DNA of 64,000 bases. Source: an uncultured Actinomycetes bacterium. GTDB taxonomy: Bacteria; Actinomycetota; Acidimicrobiia; IMCC26256; PALSA-610. Of the stretch, positions 40,672 through 50,108 are shown piece by piece. The translations under genes and the position numbers were made by a program. Below the pieces are notes generated by a model. That model saw only the letters and a program-made list of their open reading frames with translations, had not been told where the DNA came from and did no database searches. The DNA is taken from the NCBI GenBank assembly GCA_963784845.1, contig CAWASN010000007.1:4022-68021 (forward strand), in the 5' to 3' direction. Within the stretch, counting starts at the first letter, position 1. Every line of letters begins with the position of its first letter.

Positions 40672-41898
40672 CGGACCTTCCGAAGATCATCAGTGTCGAC
40701 GACCACGTCGTCGAGCCGCCTCACGTGTGGCAGGACCGCCTTCCTGCGCGCATGCGCGAGCGCGGACCCGCGTCGAGCGCGCGCGCTGGGGCGAATTCTC
40801 GCTCGACGGCCGGAGCGTCCTACAACCAGGAGATGACCGAGGACGGCGCACTGGGGTGACTACTGGCTCTACGAGGACCGCCTGATCTACGTGCACAAGC
40901 GACACGTCGCAATCCCTCTCGACGCCACGCCGGAAGGTGAGGTCCGCCGGTTCGATCGCGCCAGGATGTTCATGGGCGCGCTGACCTACGACGAGATGCG
41001 GCCCGGCTGCTACGACCCGAAGGCGCGCGTCGACGACCTCGCGCTCGCAGGGGTCGACGGCTCTCTCGCCTTCCCGACCTTTCCTCGCTTTTGCGGCCAG
41101 ACGTTCAAGGAGGGCAATGATCTCGAGCTCGGCCTCGAGTGTGTCCGCGCGTACAACGACTGGATGATCGAAGACTGGTGCGCCGACTCGGATGGCCACC
41201 TGATCCCGTTGTGCCTGATCCCTTTGTGGGACGTGGATCTCGCAGTCGCCGAGGTCCGGCGCAACGCCGCCCGCGGCGCGCGGGCAGTGTGCTTCAGCGA
41301 GATCCCGCCCCACCTCGGCCTGCCCAGCATCCACACCGGGTACTGGGATCCGCTGTTTGCCACGTGCGAGGAGACGAGCACGACGTTGTGCATGCACATC
41401 GGGTCGTCGTCGAAGATGCCTGCGGCATCGCCCGACGCGCCCGCCGTCGACCGAGATCATGCTCGGGTTCAACAACTCGATGGCGTCGATCGGCGATTTC
41501 CTCTTCTCCGGTGTGCTCGTGCGTTTCCCCACGCTGAAGCTGGCGTACTCCGAGGGACAGATCGGCTGGATCCCGTACGCGCTCGAGCGCGCCGACAACG
41601 TGTGGGAGTACCACTCGAGCTGGACCGGCGTGAAGCAGACGATCCCGGAGCCGCCGTCGACGTACTACCGCGGCCGCATCTTCGGGTGCTTCACGAACGA
41701 CCTCCACGGTGTCGCGTCGATCGCCGAGGTCGGTGAGGACAACATCTGCTTCGAGACCGACTACCCGCACACCGACACGACGTGGCCATTCGCGCGTGGA
41801 GGAGGTCGGAGCGCATGACCGCGGCGCTCACGGAGGAGCAGCGGTACAAGGTGCTGCGCGGCAATGCGATCCGGATGCTCGACCTCGACCGGGTCTGA
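40668..41898 (+). CDS. Amidohydrolase_2 family protein (frameshifts)
   Basis: GAAGGG precedes the ATG at 40668. Segments are MTDLPKIISVDDHVVEPPHVW, the ORF 40891..41736 body, ETDYPHTDTTWP, and the tail LTEEQRYKVLRGNAIRMLDLDRV ending at 41898. Confidence 0.75.
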
Positions 41899-41919
41899 GC
41901 ACGTCGGCCGACCCGAGCG

Positions 41920-42597
41920 TCAGCCGCCGAGGCCGCGGAGGCAGAATTCCCAGGTCGCTTCGCCGGTGAGACGCATGCGGGCGTTGTCGACGAGCCGATT
42001 ACCGAACCAGCTGTACATCACGGTCTGTTGTACGAGGCCGGCCGCGCGGCGGGTGTCGGTCACGTTGATCGCACCGCTCGCGTTCGCCTCGTCGACGAGC
42101 TCGCGCATCATCCGCGAGATCGGCGCCATCGCGGCTTTCACACGCTCGGAATGGTCGACAGTGAGCTGCACCGAGAACTCCATGATCGGTCGCCGGTTGT
42201 GGGTGGAGCGCTTGCTCGGCTTCTCGGACGGATCACACCACTCGTGCAGCCGGACCGTGAACGCGCGGAGTCGCTCCATGGGCTCGGACGTCGAGTCGAC
42301 GAGGGTCCGGAGGTCGTCGGTCGCCTCCCGCACCGTCTCTTCGAACAGCGCGAGGAGCAGCTCGTCCTTGCCGTCGAAGTATTGGTAGAACCCGCGCAGG
42401 GACTGTTTCGATCGGTCGATCACCTCTTGGATCGTGAACTCGGTCGTCCCCTTCTCGTCGATCAGCGAGAAGGCAGCGTCCAAGAAGCGTTGGACGCGCT
42501 GCTCGGCCCGGGACCGGGCGGCGTTGAGGCTGCGGGAGACGGCCCGTTCTCGCCAGGCCGGTTCGTTCGCGTCGCCCGGGGTCTCGACATCCGTCAT
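41920..42597 (-). CDS. TetR family transcriptional regulator
   Basis: Intact 225 aa from the ATG at 42597. The HTH reads RFLDAAFSLIDEKGTTEFTIQEVIDRSKQSLRGFYQYFDGKDELLLALFEE. Confidence 0.85.
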   Translation of the reverse strand: MTDVETPGDANEPAWRERAVSRSLNAARSRAEQRVQRFLDAAFSLIDEKGTTEFTIQEVIDRSKQSLRGFYQYFDGKDELLLALFEETVREATDDLRTLVDSTSEPMERLRAFTVRLHEWCDPSEKPSKRSTHNRRPIMEFSVQLTVDHSERVKAAMAPISRMMRELVDEANASGAINVTDTRRAAGLVQQTVMYSWFGNRLVDNARMRLTGEATWEFCLRGLGG

Positions 42598-42653
42598 GGT
42601 GGAGCACCCATTTCCATTTTTGCACGGTAGCAGCGCTCTCGGATGAGAACGAC

Positions 42654-42663
42654 ATTCGCGAAT
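42654..42663. promoter_or_regulatory. 10-nt perfect palindrome ATTCGCGAAT upstream of the TetR gene
   Basis: Read directly, about 60 nt upstream of the TetR ATG at 42597, in a comparatively AT-rich spacer. Confidence 0.35.
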
Positions 42664-42731
42664 CGAGCTGCCACTGCGGGCCGACCGATCGTGAGAACCC
42701 GCGCCCGGAGCGTCCTCCCGCTCCCCGCGAC

Positions 42732-43959
42732 TCAGCCGCCCTTGTAGATGCGGCCGCCCTTCATCACGAAGCGCACGTCCTCGGTCATCGTGATGTCCTC
42801 GGAAGGGTCGCCGGGAACCGCGATGATGTCGGCGAGCAGTCCCGCGAACGAGGCGGCCGCGGTCGTCGACATCGATGAGCTCGGCGCTCATGACGGTCGC
42901 GGCCCGCAAGGCCTGCATCGGGGTCATGCCGCGGTCGACCATCGCCCACAGTTCCTTGGCGTTGGTGCCGTGGGGGATCGCCGGCGCGTCCGTGCCGCAC
43001 GCGATCTTGACGCCGGCCGCGATCGCCTTTCCCAACATCGCGCGCGCCCGCGGGAATACTTCGGCGGCTTTCGCCTGGAGCTCGGGCGCCGCGCGCGAGA
43101 CGTCGAGCCCTTCGGACAGGTAGCTCGTCGGCACCAGGAACGTCCCGTGGTCGACCATCATCTGAATCGTCTCGTCACTCGCGAGCGATCCGTGCTCGAT
43201 GCAGTCGACGCCGGCGCGGATGCAGGCGCGGATGCCGGCGTCGCCGTGCGCGTGCGCGGCGACTTCGAGTCCGGCGCGATGCGCCTCATCGACGATGGCC
43301 GCCAGCTCTTCGTCGGAGTACTGCTGCGCGCCCGCGAGGCCGCTGTGCGACATCACGCCGCCCGACGCCGAGATCTTGATGACGCGGGCGCCGTACTTGA
43401 TCTGGTAGCGCACGGCCTTGCGTACCTCGGGTACGCCGTTGGCGATGCCCTCTTCCACGCTGAGCGGCATGATGTCGGGTCCGAGCCGTTGGAACATCGT
43501 CGGATCGAGGTGGCCGCCGGTGGGTGTGATCGCATGGCCGGCGGGCACGAGGCGCGGGCCGTCGATCCAGCCGTTGTCGATCGCGCGCGGCGAGGGCCAC
43601 GTCGAGCAGGTACCCCCCGTCTTGACGAACAGACCGAGATTGCGCGCAGTCGTGAATCCCGCGAGCAGCGTCGTGCGGCACGCGAGCGTCCCCCGCAGCG
43701 TGCGAAACGCGGGATCGTCCTGAACGTCACTGCGCGGGTTCCCGCCACTGGGCCCGCCCAACAGCATGTTCAGTTCCATGTCCATGAGACCGGGCAACAA
43801 CGTCACGTCGCCGAGCTCCATCTCGGTCGCGCCGCTCGGGAGCTCGGACGGGTTCACCGCCGCGATGCGTTCGTCTTCGACGACGATGACCGCGGGCGAA
43901 CGAACCTCCCCCGCGTCGACGTCGACCCAGCGATCAGCCCGAAGAACGATCGTGCTCAC
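42732..43959 (-). CDS. Amidohydrolase family protein (imidazolonepropionase/prolidase-like, COG1228-type); frameshifts
   Basis: The GTG at 43959 overlaps the upstream stop (GTGA). Segments are [10 protein letters not shown]...[26 protein letters not shown] and ACGTDA. The tail [34 protein letters not shown] reads in another frame. Confidence 0.75.
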
Positions 43960-44291
43960 GGGATGGGCTCGATCAGGAGGTCGAGGTACGCGGCGCCGGA
44001 ATCGGGGATGTGCGGCTGGCGCCAGACTTCCACCGGGAACGACGCCATGACGAGTGAGTACAAGAGCTGCAGCAACCGTTGCGCGTCCTCGGGCATGTCG
44101 TCGAGCGGGTACTGCTCGCAGTACTCGATCGCCGCTTGTGCCCTGGGGAAGAACGCGTCGTAGAACGCCTGGATCTCGTCCATCGAGGTGGCCATCCGTC
44201 GGGCGAAGCGCTCGCGCTCGGTGGGCAGGCACCACGTCTTCGCGAACGGCTCGAGATCCGAGAACTGGCCGGGCAACAGGGGATCGGTCAT
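43956..44291 (-). CDS. Hypothetical 111-aa protein, translationally coupled on both sides
   Basis: [111 protein letters not shown]. There is an ATGA overlap with the Rieske stop and a GTGA overlap with the amidohydrolase start. I do not recognise a family. Confidence 0.6.
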   Translation of the reverse strand: MTDPLLPGQFSDLEPFAKTWCLPTERERFARRMATSMDEIQAFYDAFFPRAQAAIEYCEQYPLDDMPEDAQRLLQLLYSLVMASFPVEVWRQPHIPDSGAAYLDLLIEPIP

Positions 44292-45565
44292 GGGGTCACC
44301 TCCGCGCGTTCGTGCTGGTATCGCTCGACCCAGTCGGCCGCCACCTTGTGCAGGTGGCGGCACAGGATCTCCTGGTCGTTGAGGGGAAAGGAGGTGACGA
44401 CCCGTGACTCGAGCATGATCTGCGTTGCTTCGAGCGTGTTTCCGTCCTGGAGCGCGTACTCCTTGAAGGTCACGGCGGCCATCTCCTGCGCGAGACGCTC
44501 GCGTGCGTTCGTCGCGGGAACGAAGTAGAGGTTGCCTTCGAACACGTGTGTGTTGTGCGACGTCGGCCAGTAGTGGTACGTCAAGTACCAATTCCGTTCC
44601 CAGATCAGCAGCACGAAGTTTGGCCAGACCTGGAAGGAGTCGAGCCCCCACGGCTTCTTGTTCGCGGGGTTGACGCCCGACGGCAGCGCGTCGGGTCCGA
44701 GGTCGGGCGCGTCCCAGGGCCCGAACAGGCCGCTGCGGGTGACGGTCTCCATCGGCTTGAGCATCTCGGGCGGCATCTTCCAGCCCTGACCGCCGTAGGT
44801 CGTCACCATGCGGTGTGGACCTTCGATCTCATAGTGCAGTCCCTCGAAGCCGGCGGCCTGCACCTCGGGTCGCGACGCTACCGGTGACTGCTTCGCGTGC
44901 AGGATGGGTGCGTGGTAGAACTCCTGGAACGCGTCCATGAAGAGCTTCCAGTTGCTGCCGACGGTCGCACGGTACGAGAAGCGCTCGGTCATCCGGTCGA
45001 AGGGGTAACCCTCGATCGCGGTGATCATGGGCCCGAGGAACTCGGTCAGCGTCTGGCGCGGCTCTCGCTCGAGGTTGATGAAGATGAACCCCGCCCACTC
45101 GTCGCAGTGCACGGGGACGAGGCCGTAGTCGGCCTTGTCGAGGTCGAAGAACTCGCTCTCCTGCTGTACGTACGAGCAGGCGCCGTCGAGATCGTATTTC
45201 CAGCCGTGGTACTTGCACACGAACTGCCGGCAGTTTCCGCTCGACTCCTCCCGAGGGAAGTCGGTCCATACGAGCTTGTTGCCGCGGTGCCGGCAGATGT
45301 TCTGGAAGGCCCGCACCTGTCCGTCCATGTCGCGCACGATCACGACCGACGTGTTGGCGAACGCGAGCTCCTTGGTGAAGTAGCTCCCTTCGCGCGCCAG
45401 CTGTTCGACCCGTCCGACGTTCAGCCAGGACCGCTTGAAGATCGCCTCGCGCTCGAGCGCATAGAACTCCGGCGAGATCGAGTCTTCGTACGACATCGGC
45501 TCGGTCCCGAGCTCCGGGTAGTGAGCGGTCCAACTGCCCTCGGCGGGCTTTTCGAAGCCGATCAT
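44288..45565 (-). CDS. Rieske [2Fe-2S] oxygenase, alpha subunit (second copy)
   Basis: Intact 425 aa from the ATG at 45565 (GAGGAGA upstream). Motifs are CRHRGNKL-x..-CKYHGW and a catalytic-domain FQEFYHAPILH. Confidence 0.9.
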   Translation of the reverse strand: MIGFEKPAEGSWTAHYPELGTEPMSYEDSISPEFYALEREAIFKRSWLNVGRVEQLAREGSYFTKELAFANTSVVIVRDMDGQVRAFQNICRHRGNKLVWTDFPREESSGNCRQFVCKYHGWKYDLDGACSYVQQESEFFDLDKADYGLVPVHCDEWAGFIFINLEREPRQTLTEFLGPMITAIEGYPFDRMTERFSYRATVGSNWKLFMDAFQEFYHAPILHAKQSPVASRPEVQAAGFEGLHYEIEGPHRMVTTYGGQGWKMPPEMLKPMETVTRSGLFGPWDAPDLGPDALPSGVNPANKKPWGLDSFQVWPNFVLLIWERNWYLTYHYWPTSHNTHVFEGNLYFVPATNARERLAQEMAAVTFKEYALQDGNTLEATQIMLESRVVTSFPLNDQEILCRHLHKVAADWVERYQHERAEVTP

Positions 45566-46203
45566 TGCGTCTCCTCGAATTCGCGAAGTGATGCGGGGGC
45601 AACGTCTTCCAGGTCCGCGTCGAGCTGCAGCCCGAGGCTGTTGAACGCCATGGCAAGGCACGTATAGGTGCCGACGACGAAGACGAGCTCGATCAGCTGA
45701 CGTTGGTCGAGCTGTTGCGCCAAGCGACCCCAGGTCTCGTCGTCGATGTGATAGCCGTCGATGAGTTGGTCGGCCGCGGCGAGCAGGTCCGCCTCGAGCG
45801 GTGCCCATTGTGCCGCGCGCACGTCGGCGCGGACCGCGTCGATCTCGTCGGGAGTGATGCCGAGTCGTGCCGCCAGGCGCACGTGCTGCGCCCACTCGTA
45901 GCGAGCACGAGTGCGCCAGGCGACGCGAAGCACCATGAGCTCGCGCATGCGCGGCGCGAGTGTGGGAGTGTTCAGGAGCACGTTGTTGTAGCCGAGGAAG
46001 GGACCCGCGAGCGCGGGATGGCGCATCAACGTTGCCAGCACGTTCGGCATCGGGATCACGTCCGAACCGGACGAGAGGAACCTTGCCGCGATTTCGCCGG
46101 AGAATCCCCGGGTGAGCGCGTCTCGGACTTCCTCCCCCCACTGATCCCGGGGAAGGGGCGCGACGCGAGGCGACATCCGAGCGGGGGGCGGGGTGTCGCT
46201 CAC
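45562..46203 (-). CDS. Carboxymuconolactone decarboxylase (AhpD-like) family protein
   Basis: The GTG at 46203 overlaps the upstream SDR stop (GTGA). ...LMVLRVAWRTRARYEWAQHVRLAARLGITPDEI... is the typical CMD-domain helix pair. The stop overlaps the Rieske start (ATGA). Confidence 0.7.
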   Translation of the reverse strand: MSDTPPPARMSPRVAPLPRDQWGEEVRDALTRGFSGEIAARFLSSGSDVIPMPNVLATLMRHPALAGPFLGYNNVLLNTPTLAPRMRELMVLRVAWRTRARYEWAQHVRLAARLGITPDEIDAVRADVRAAQWAPLEADLLAAADQLIDGYHIDDETWGRLAQQLDQRQLIELVFVVGTYTCLAMAFNSLGLQLDADLEDVAPASLREFEETQ

Positions 46204-46944
46204 ACGTACCAGCCGCCGTTCACGCCCAGCAGTTGGCCGGTGATGTATCCGGCCTCGTCGGAGCAGAGAAACGCGCACGCAGCTGCAATGTCTTCGGGTG
46301 TGCCGGCTCTCCGCACGGGGGTGCGGGCCGCGACCGCCTCGATGGAAGGGAGGTCACCGCGCGCCTCGGCGCGGCGAGCCATCGGAGTGTCGATGAATCC
46401 GGGCGGGATCGTGTTGACCGTGATGCCGTGGGGCGCGTACTCGACCGCCAACGCTCGGGTGAGACCGACGACGCCGCCCTTCGACGCGACGTAGTGCGCC
46501 ATGCGCGCGGCACCCGACTGCGCGCTCGACGACGAGATCGTGACGATCCGGCCGAAGTGTGAGGCCAGCATGTCGGGAATGGCGGCTTGCAGGCAATGGA
46601 ACGTGCCGGTGAGGTTGACCGCGAGCATGCGGTCCCAGGCTTCGATGGTGATATCGGTGAACGACTGGAACTCGTCGAATCCCGCGCTCGGTGACCATGA
46701 TCTCGACCGGACCGAGGTCGGTGCGCACCTTGGCCAGCGCCTCGTCGACCGCGGCACGATCGGCCACGTCCGCCGCGATCGCGAGCGCGCCCGCCCCCGA
46801 GGCTCGTAGCTCGTCGGCCGCGTGGCTCACTGCCACAGCATCCAGATCGAGGAGCCCGACCCGGTTCCCGGCGGCCGCGAGCCGCTTCGCCACTGCCAAA
46901 CCCATACCGGCTGCGGCGCCTGTCACTACGGCGACCCGGCTCAT
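46200..46944 (-). CDS. SDR family oxidoreductase (FabG-like), one frameshift near 46690
   Basis: GAAGGGGA precedes the ATG at 46944. Motifs are MSRVAVVTGAAAGMGLA, SSSSAQSG...YVASKGG and GQLLGVNGGWYV. It is a paralogue of 31521..32265. Confidence 0.8.
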
Positions 46945-47079
46945 TCGCGTTCCCCTTCGCACCTGCGCGGTCGGCACGAGTATGGAGCATCCGCGAATTG
47001 TGCGCAAGCTGACTCTCAAAAAAAGAGAATGTAATTGCCACTGGATCGGAACCTGGTTAGGGTCGGCTCGACCCCTCTC

Positions 47080-47109
47080 GGAGGAAGGGGGGTCGGAGGA
47101 AGGGGGGCC
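47080..47109. repeat. 15-nt tandem duplication GGAGGAAGGGGGG(TC/CC) x2 (duplicated Shine-Dalgarno-like element)
   Basis: Read directly at 47080-47094 and 47095-47109, ending 2 nt before the GTG start at 47112. Confidence 0.8.
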
Positions 47110-47111
47110 AC

Positions 47112-48066
47112 GTGCGGATCGGCCTCATGATCGGCGCGGAGAAGGGGCGGTATCGCGACAAGGTCGCTCGCCTCGTCGCGGATGCCGAGTCGGCCGAGAA
47201 GGCCGGCTTCACCTCGATCTGGGTTCCCCAGGTTCCGAACGACTTCGACGCGCTCGACGGCGATCGCGCTGATGGGTCGGGCGACGTCGAGCGTCGAGCT
47301 GGCGACGGCGGTCATGCCCGTGCAGACCCGTCATCCGGTCGCCATGGCGCAGCAGGCGCTGTCGAATCAGGCGGTGTGCGAGGGGCGTTTCACGCTCGGG
47401 CTCGGCCCGTCGCACCACTGGATCGTGTCGGACATGCTCGGACTCCCGTACGAGCGACCGGCCCGCCTCGTGCGGAACTATCTCGAGGTCCTGAACGCCG
47501 CGTTCGCGGGCCCGGGGCCGGTCGACGTCGACAACGACGACTATCGCGTGCACAATCCGCTCGATGTCACCGACATCGTCCCGACGCCGATCCTCCTCGC
47601 CGCGCTGGCCCCGGTGATGCTGCGCGTCGCAGGAGAGCTGGCATCGGGAACGATCCTGTGGATGGCCGACGAGCGCGCCATCGGTGAGCACGTCGCGCCC
47701 CGCATCACGAGCGCCGCGGCCGCGGCGGGAAGGCCCGCGCCGCGCATCGTGGCCGGCGTTCCCGTCGTGCTCTGCCGCAACGACGAAGTGCGCGAGGCTC
47801 GTTCGTGGGCCAACCAGGCCCTCGGGCACGCCGAGTACTCGCCCAACTATCAGCGACTGCTCGAGCACGGCGACGCGACCGATGTCGGCGACCTCTGCGC
47901 GGCCGGGGACGAGTCGGCGGTCGTCGCCCGGTTGCGGAGCTTCCGCGATGCGGGCGCCACGGACCTGTCGGTTCGGGTCCTGCCCTTGGGGAGTGACCGC
48001 GCGGCTCGCATCGCTTCGCGAGACCGGACCCTCGCGTTGCTCGCGTCGCTGTGTCCCGAGCTCTGA
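47112..48066 (+). CDS. Luciferase-like monooxygenase (LLM) class flavin/F420-dependent oxidoreductase, one frameshift near 47260
   Basis: GTG at 47112 (MRIGLMIGAEKG...AGFTSIWVPQVPNDFDAL). The rest lies in ORF 47182..48066 (TAIALMGRATSSVELATAVMPVQTRHP...). Confidence 0.75.
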
Positions 48067-48207
48067 GGCCACAGCCCTGGAGCTGAGCCGGCGCGCTCGG
48101 AGACGGGTGCGGGCGCGGTCTCGTGGAGCTCCCAGCGAGCTCGCCCGGTGCGGAGTTCGTCGTGCCACCCGAACGCGGTTCGAGGTGTCGCCGCGGTGGG
48201 CAGTGCG

Positions 48208-48925
48208 CTACGGGCGATCCAGCCGGTCGAGATCGCGGGTCGCGTACGCGTGGTGCGCCATCTCCTCTTCGAAGACGACGTGCAGGCACGCCTGTAACGG
48301 CGCGGTGCCGTTCTCGAGTACCTCGCGCGTCTGGGGGAGATCTCCCGGCCGGAGGCCGGCGAGATACTCCGAGAGTCGGGTCACCCGATCGCGCCGCACC
48401 GCGAGCACCTCGGCGAAGGACGGATCCGCGTCACGATCGATGCCGGGCCAGGGGAAGTCCAGACTGCCCGTGTTCGGCAGGCCCATCGGATCGAAATCAC
48501 CGCCGAGGATCGGTGCGGTGAACCACTTGTCGATCGCGAACACCAAGTGACGCAAGGTCTGCACAAACGAGAACTCGCCGTCGACCGACGTGTGTAGCGT
48601 CGCTTCGGAAAGCTCTTCCGCGCGTGGCGATGGTCGCGTCCCACGTGGCCGTGACGAAGCTCCAGGCCGCGCGCATCCCTTCGGGATCCACTGGCTCCAG
48701 GAGTGCTCGCCGCGGATCGATGCGGGCGAGCTCGTGGCTCACGTACGCGGTGACGTCGACGCCGTTGACCCTCAGGCCGTTGAACATGCCGTCGATGTCG
48801 ACGTTCACCAACCATGCTTCGGAGATCCGCACGTTCGTCAGGTTGACGCCCTGAAATGTCGCGTCGGTGAGATTCACCTCGCGGAACCGCGCGCCCCGGA
48901 GATCGGTGTCTTCGAACTCGGTCAT
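48208..48925 (-). CDS. Pentapeptide-repeat N-terminus + DinB-like (mycothiol-maleylpyruvate-isomerase-type) domain protein; frameshifts
   Basis: ATG at 48925. DLRGARFREVNLTDATFQGVNLTNVRISEAWLVNVDIDG forms the pentapeptide repeats. The C-terminus in ORF 48208..48564(-) reads TLRHLVFAIDKWFTAPILGG... Confidence 0.6.
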
Positions 48926-48995
48926 GCGGCAAGTTTCCCAGACGCGCTCGGCGCCGACCATCGGTACCGTGCGTCGTCTCGCTCGGAAGCGAGAG

Positions 48996-50013
48996 TCAGA
49001 CGTCGTAGTCGACGAGCAGGTCCGCGCTGGTCGGCAGCGACTGGCACGTCAGGATCCAACCCGCATCGACCTCCTCGGCCGACGAGCGCGTTGTTGACCC
49101 GCATCGAGACGGATCCCTTGTCGAGATGCGCCATGCAGGTGGCGCAATTCCCGGCCTCGCACGAGAAGGGCGGACGAAGACCCCCCCGGCGTGTGGTCTC
49201 GAGGACGGTGTCGCCCGGCTTGTACAGGATCGCGTGCTTGCGTTTGTCGATCCGGATCTCCACCGATTCCGTCACCGCCGCCGTGTCGGGGACCGGTGCG
49301 TCGTCGGGGGTGACGAACCGTTCGATGAACACGTTGCCCGGCGCGACGCCGAGCTGCGCGAGACCGTCCTCGACGGTGTCCATGTACGGAGCCGGACCGC
49401 AGACGTAGAAGTCGGCGTGAGCCCGGTCACCCGCCAGTGCCGCGGACTGCTCGGCGTCGAGGAAGCTTCGCTCGGAGTCGAGATGATGATGGACCGAGAG
49501 CCGGTCACCGTACGTGCCGGCGAGCCGCCGCAGCTCGTCCGCGAAGATCACCGCGTCGCGCTCGCGGTTCGCGTACACGAGGCGTACGGCGCGGCCTGTC
49601 GTGGCGAGCGCGCTCTTGACGATGGAGATCACCGGGGTGATACCGCTGCCGCCCGCGTACGCGACGATGGGCGCATCCGTCGCCCGCAGGACGAACAGCC
49701 CGGTGGGCCGCATGACCTCGATCGTGGAGCCCGGAGAGATCTCGTCGTTCATCCAGTTCGACATGCGGCCCCCGGGGACGCGCTTCACCGTCGTCGTGAA
49801 CGGATCGCCGCGGTCGGGTGAGCTCGACATCGAGTAGCAGCGCACGACCGACTCACCGTCGATCGTGGCCCGGAACGTGCAGAACTGGCCCGCCCTGTAC
49901 GCGAACACGTGCTCGAGCGGCGGTGGGATCGCGAGGACGAACGAGCGGGTGTCGGCGGTTTCGTCGATGACGTCGACCACCGCGAGGGGGTGGTATTCGT
50001 GGTCGGGCAGCAT
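48996..50013 (-). CDS. Oxygenase reductase: FNR-like FAD/NAD(P)-binding domains + C-terminal plant-type 2Fe-2S ferredoxin (one frameshift near 49080)
   Basis: Motifs are RCYSMSS (RxYS FAD motif), YAGGSGITP and CEAGNCATC (Cx4Cx2C). After a frame switch the tail reads EEVDAGWILTCQSLPTSADLLVDYDV, with a stop at 48996. Confidence 0.8.
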
Positions 50014-50049
50014 CAGCGGTTCCCCGGTCGGCGGGCTCGACCTGATGAT

Positions 50050-50080
50050 AACCACACTCTCCAAACTCGCTAGTGTGGTT
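50050..50080. promoter_or_regulatory. Inverted repeat AACCACACT-N13-AGTGTGGTT
   Basis: Perfect 9-nt arms lie in the 95-nt spacer between the divergent reductase (-) and acyl-CoA synthetase (+) starts. Confidence 0.45.
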
Positions 50081-50108
50081 CTCTCCGGTTGTCAGTAGGG
50101 GGGATGGG

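Noticed and set aside
40128-40859. Apparent SnoaL-like/amidohydrolase fusion
   Set aside because: An SD (GAAGGG) and the ATG at 40668 start a normal amidohydrolase N-terminus (ISVDDHVVEPPHVW). A +1-frame TGA overlaps that ATG as ATGA. This is most simply a frame error near the SnoaL 3' end.
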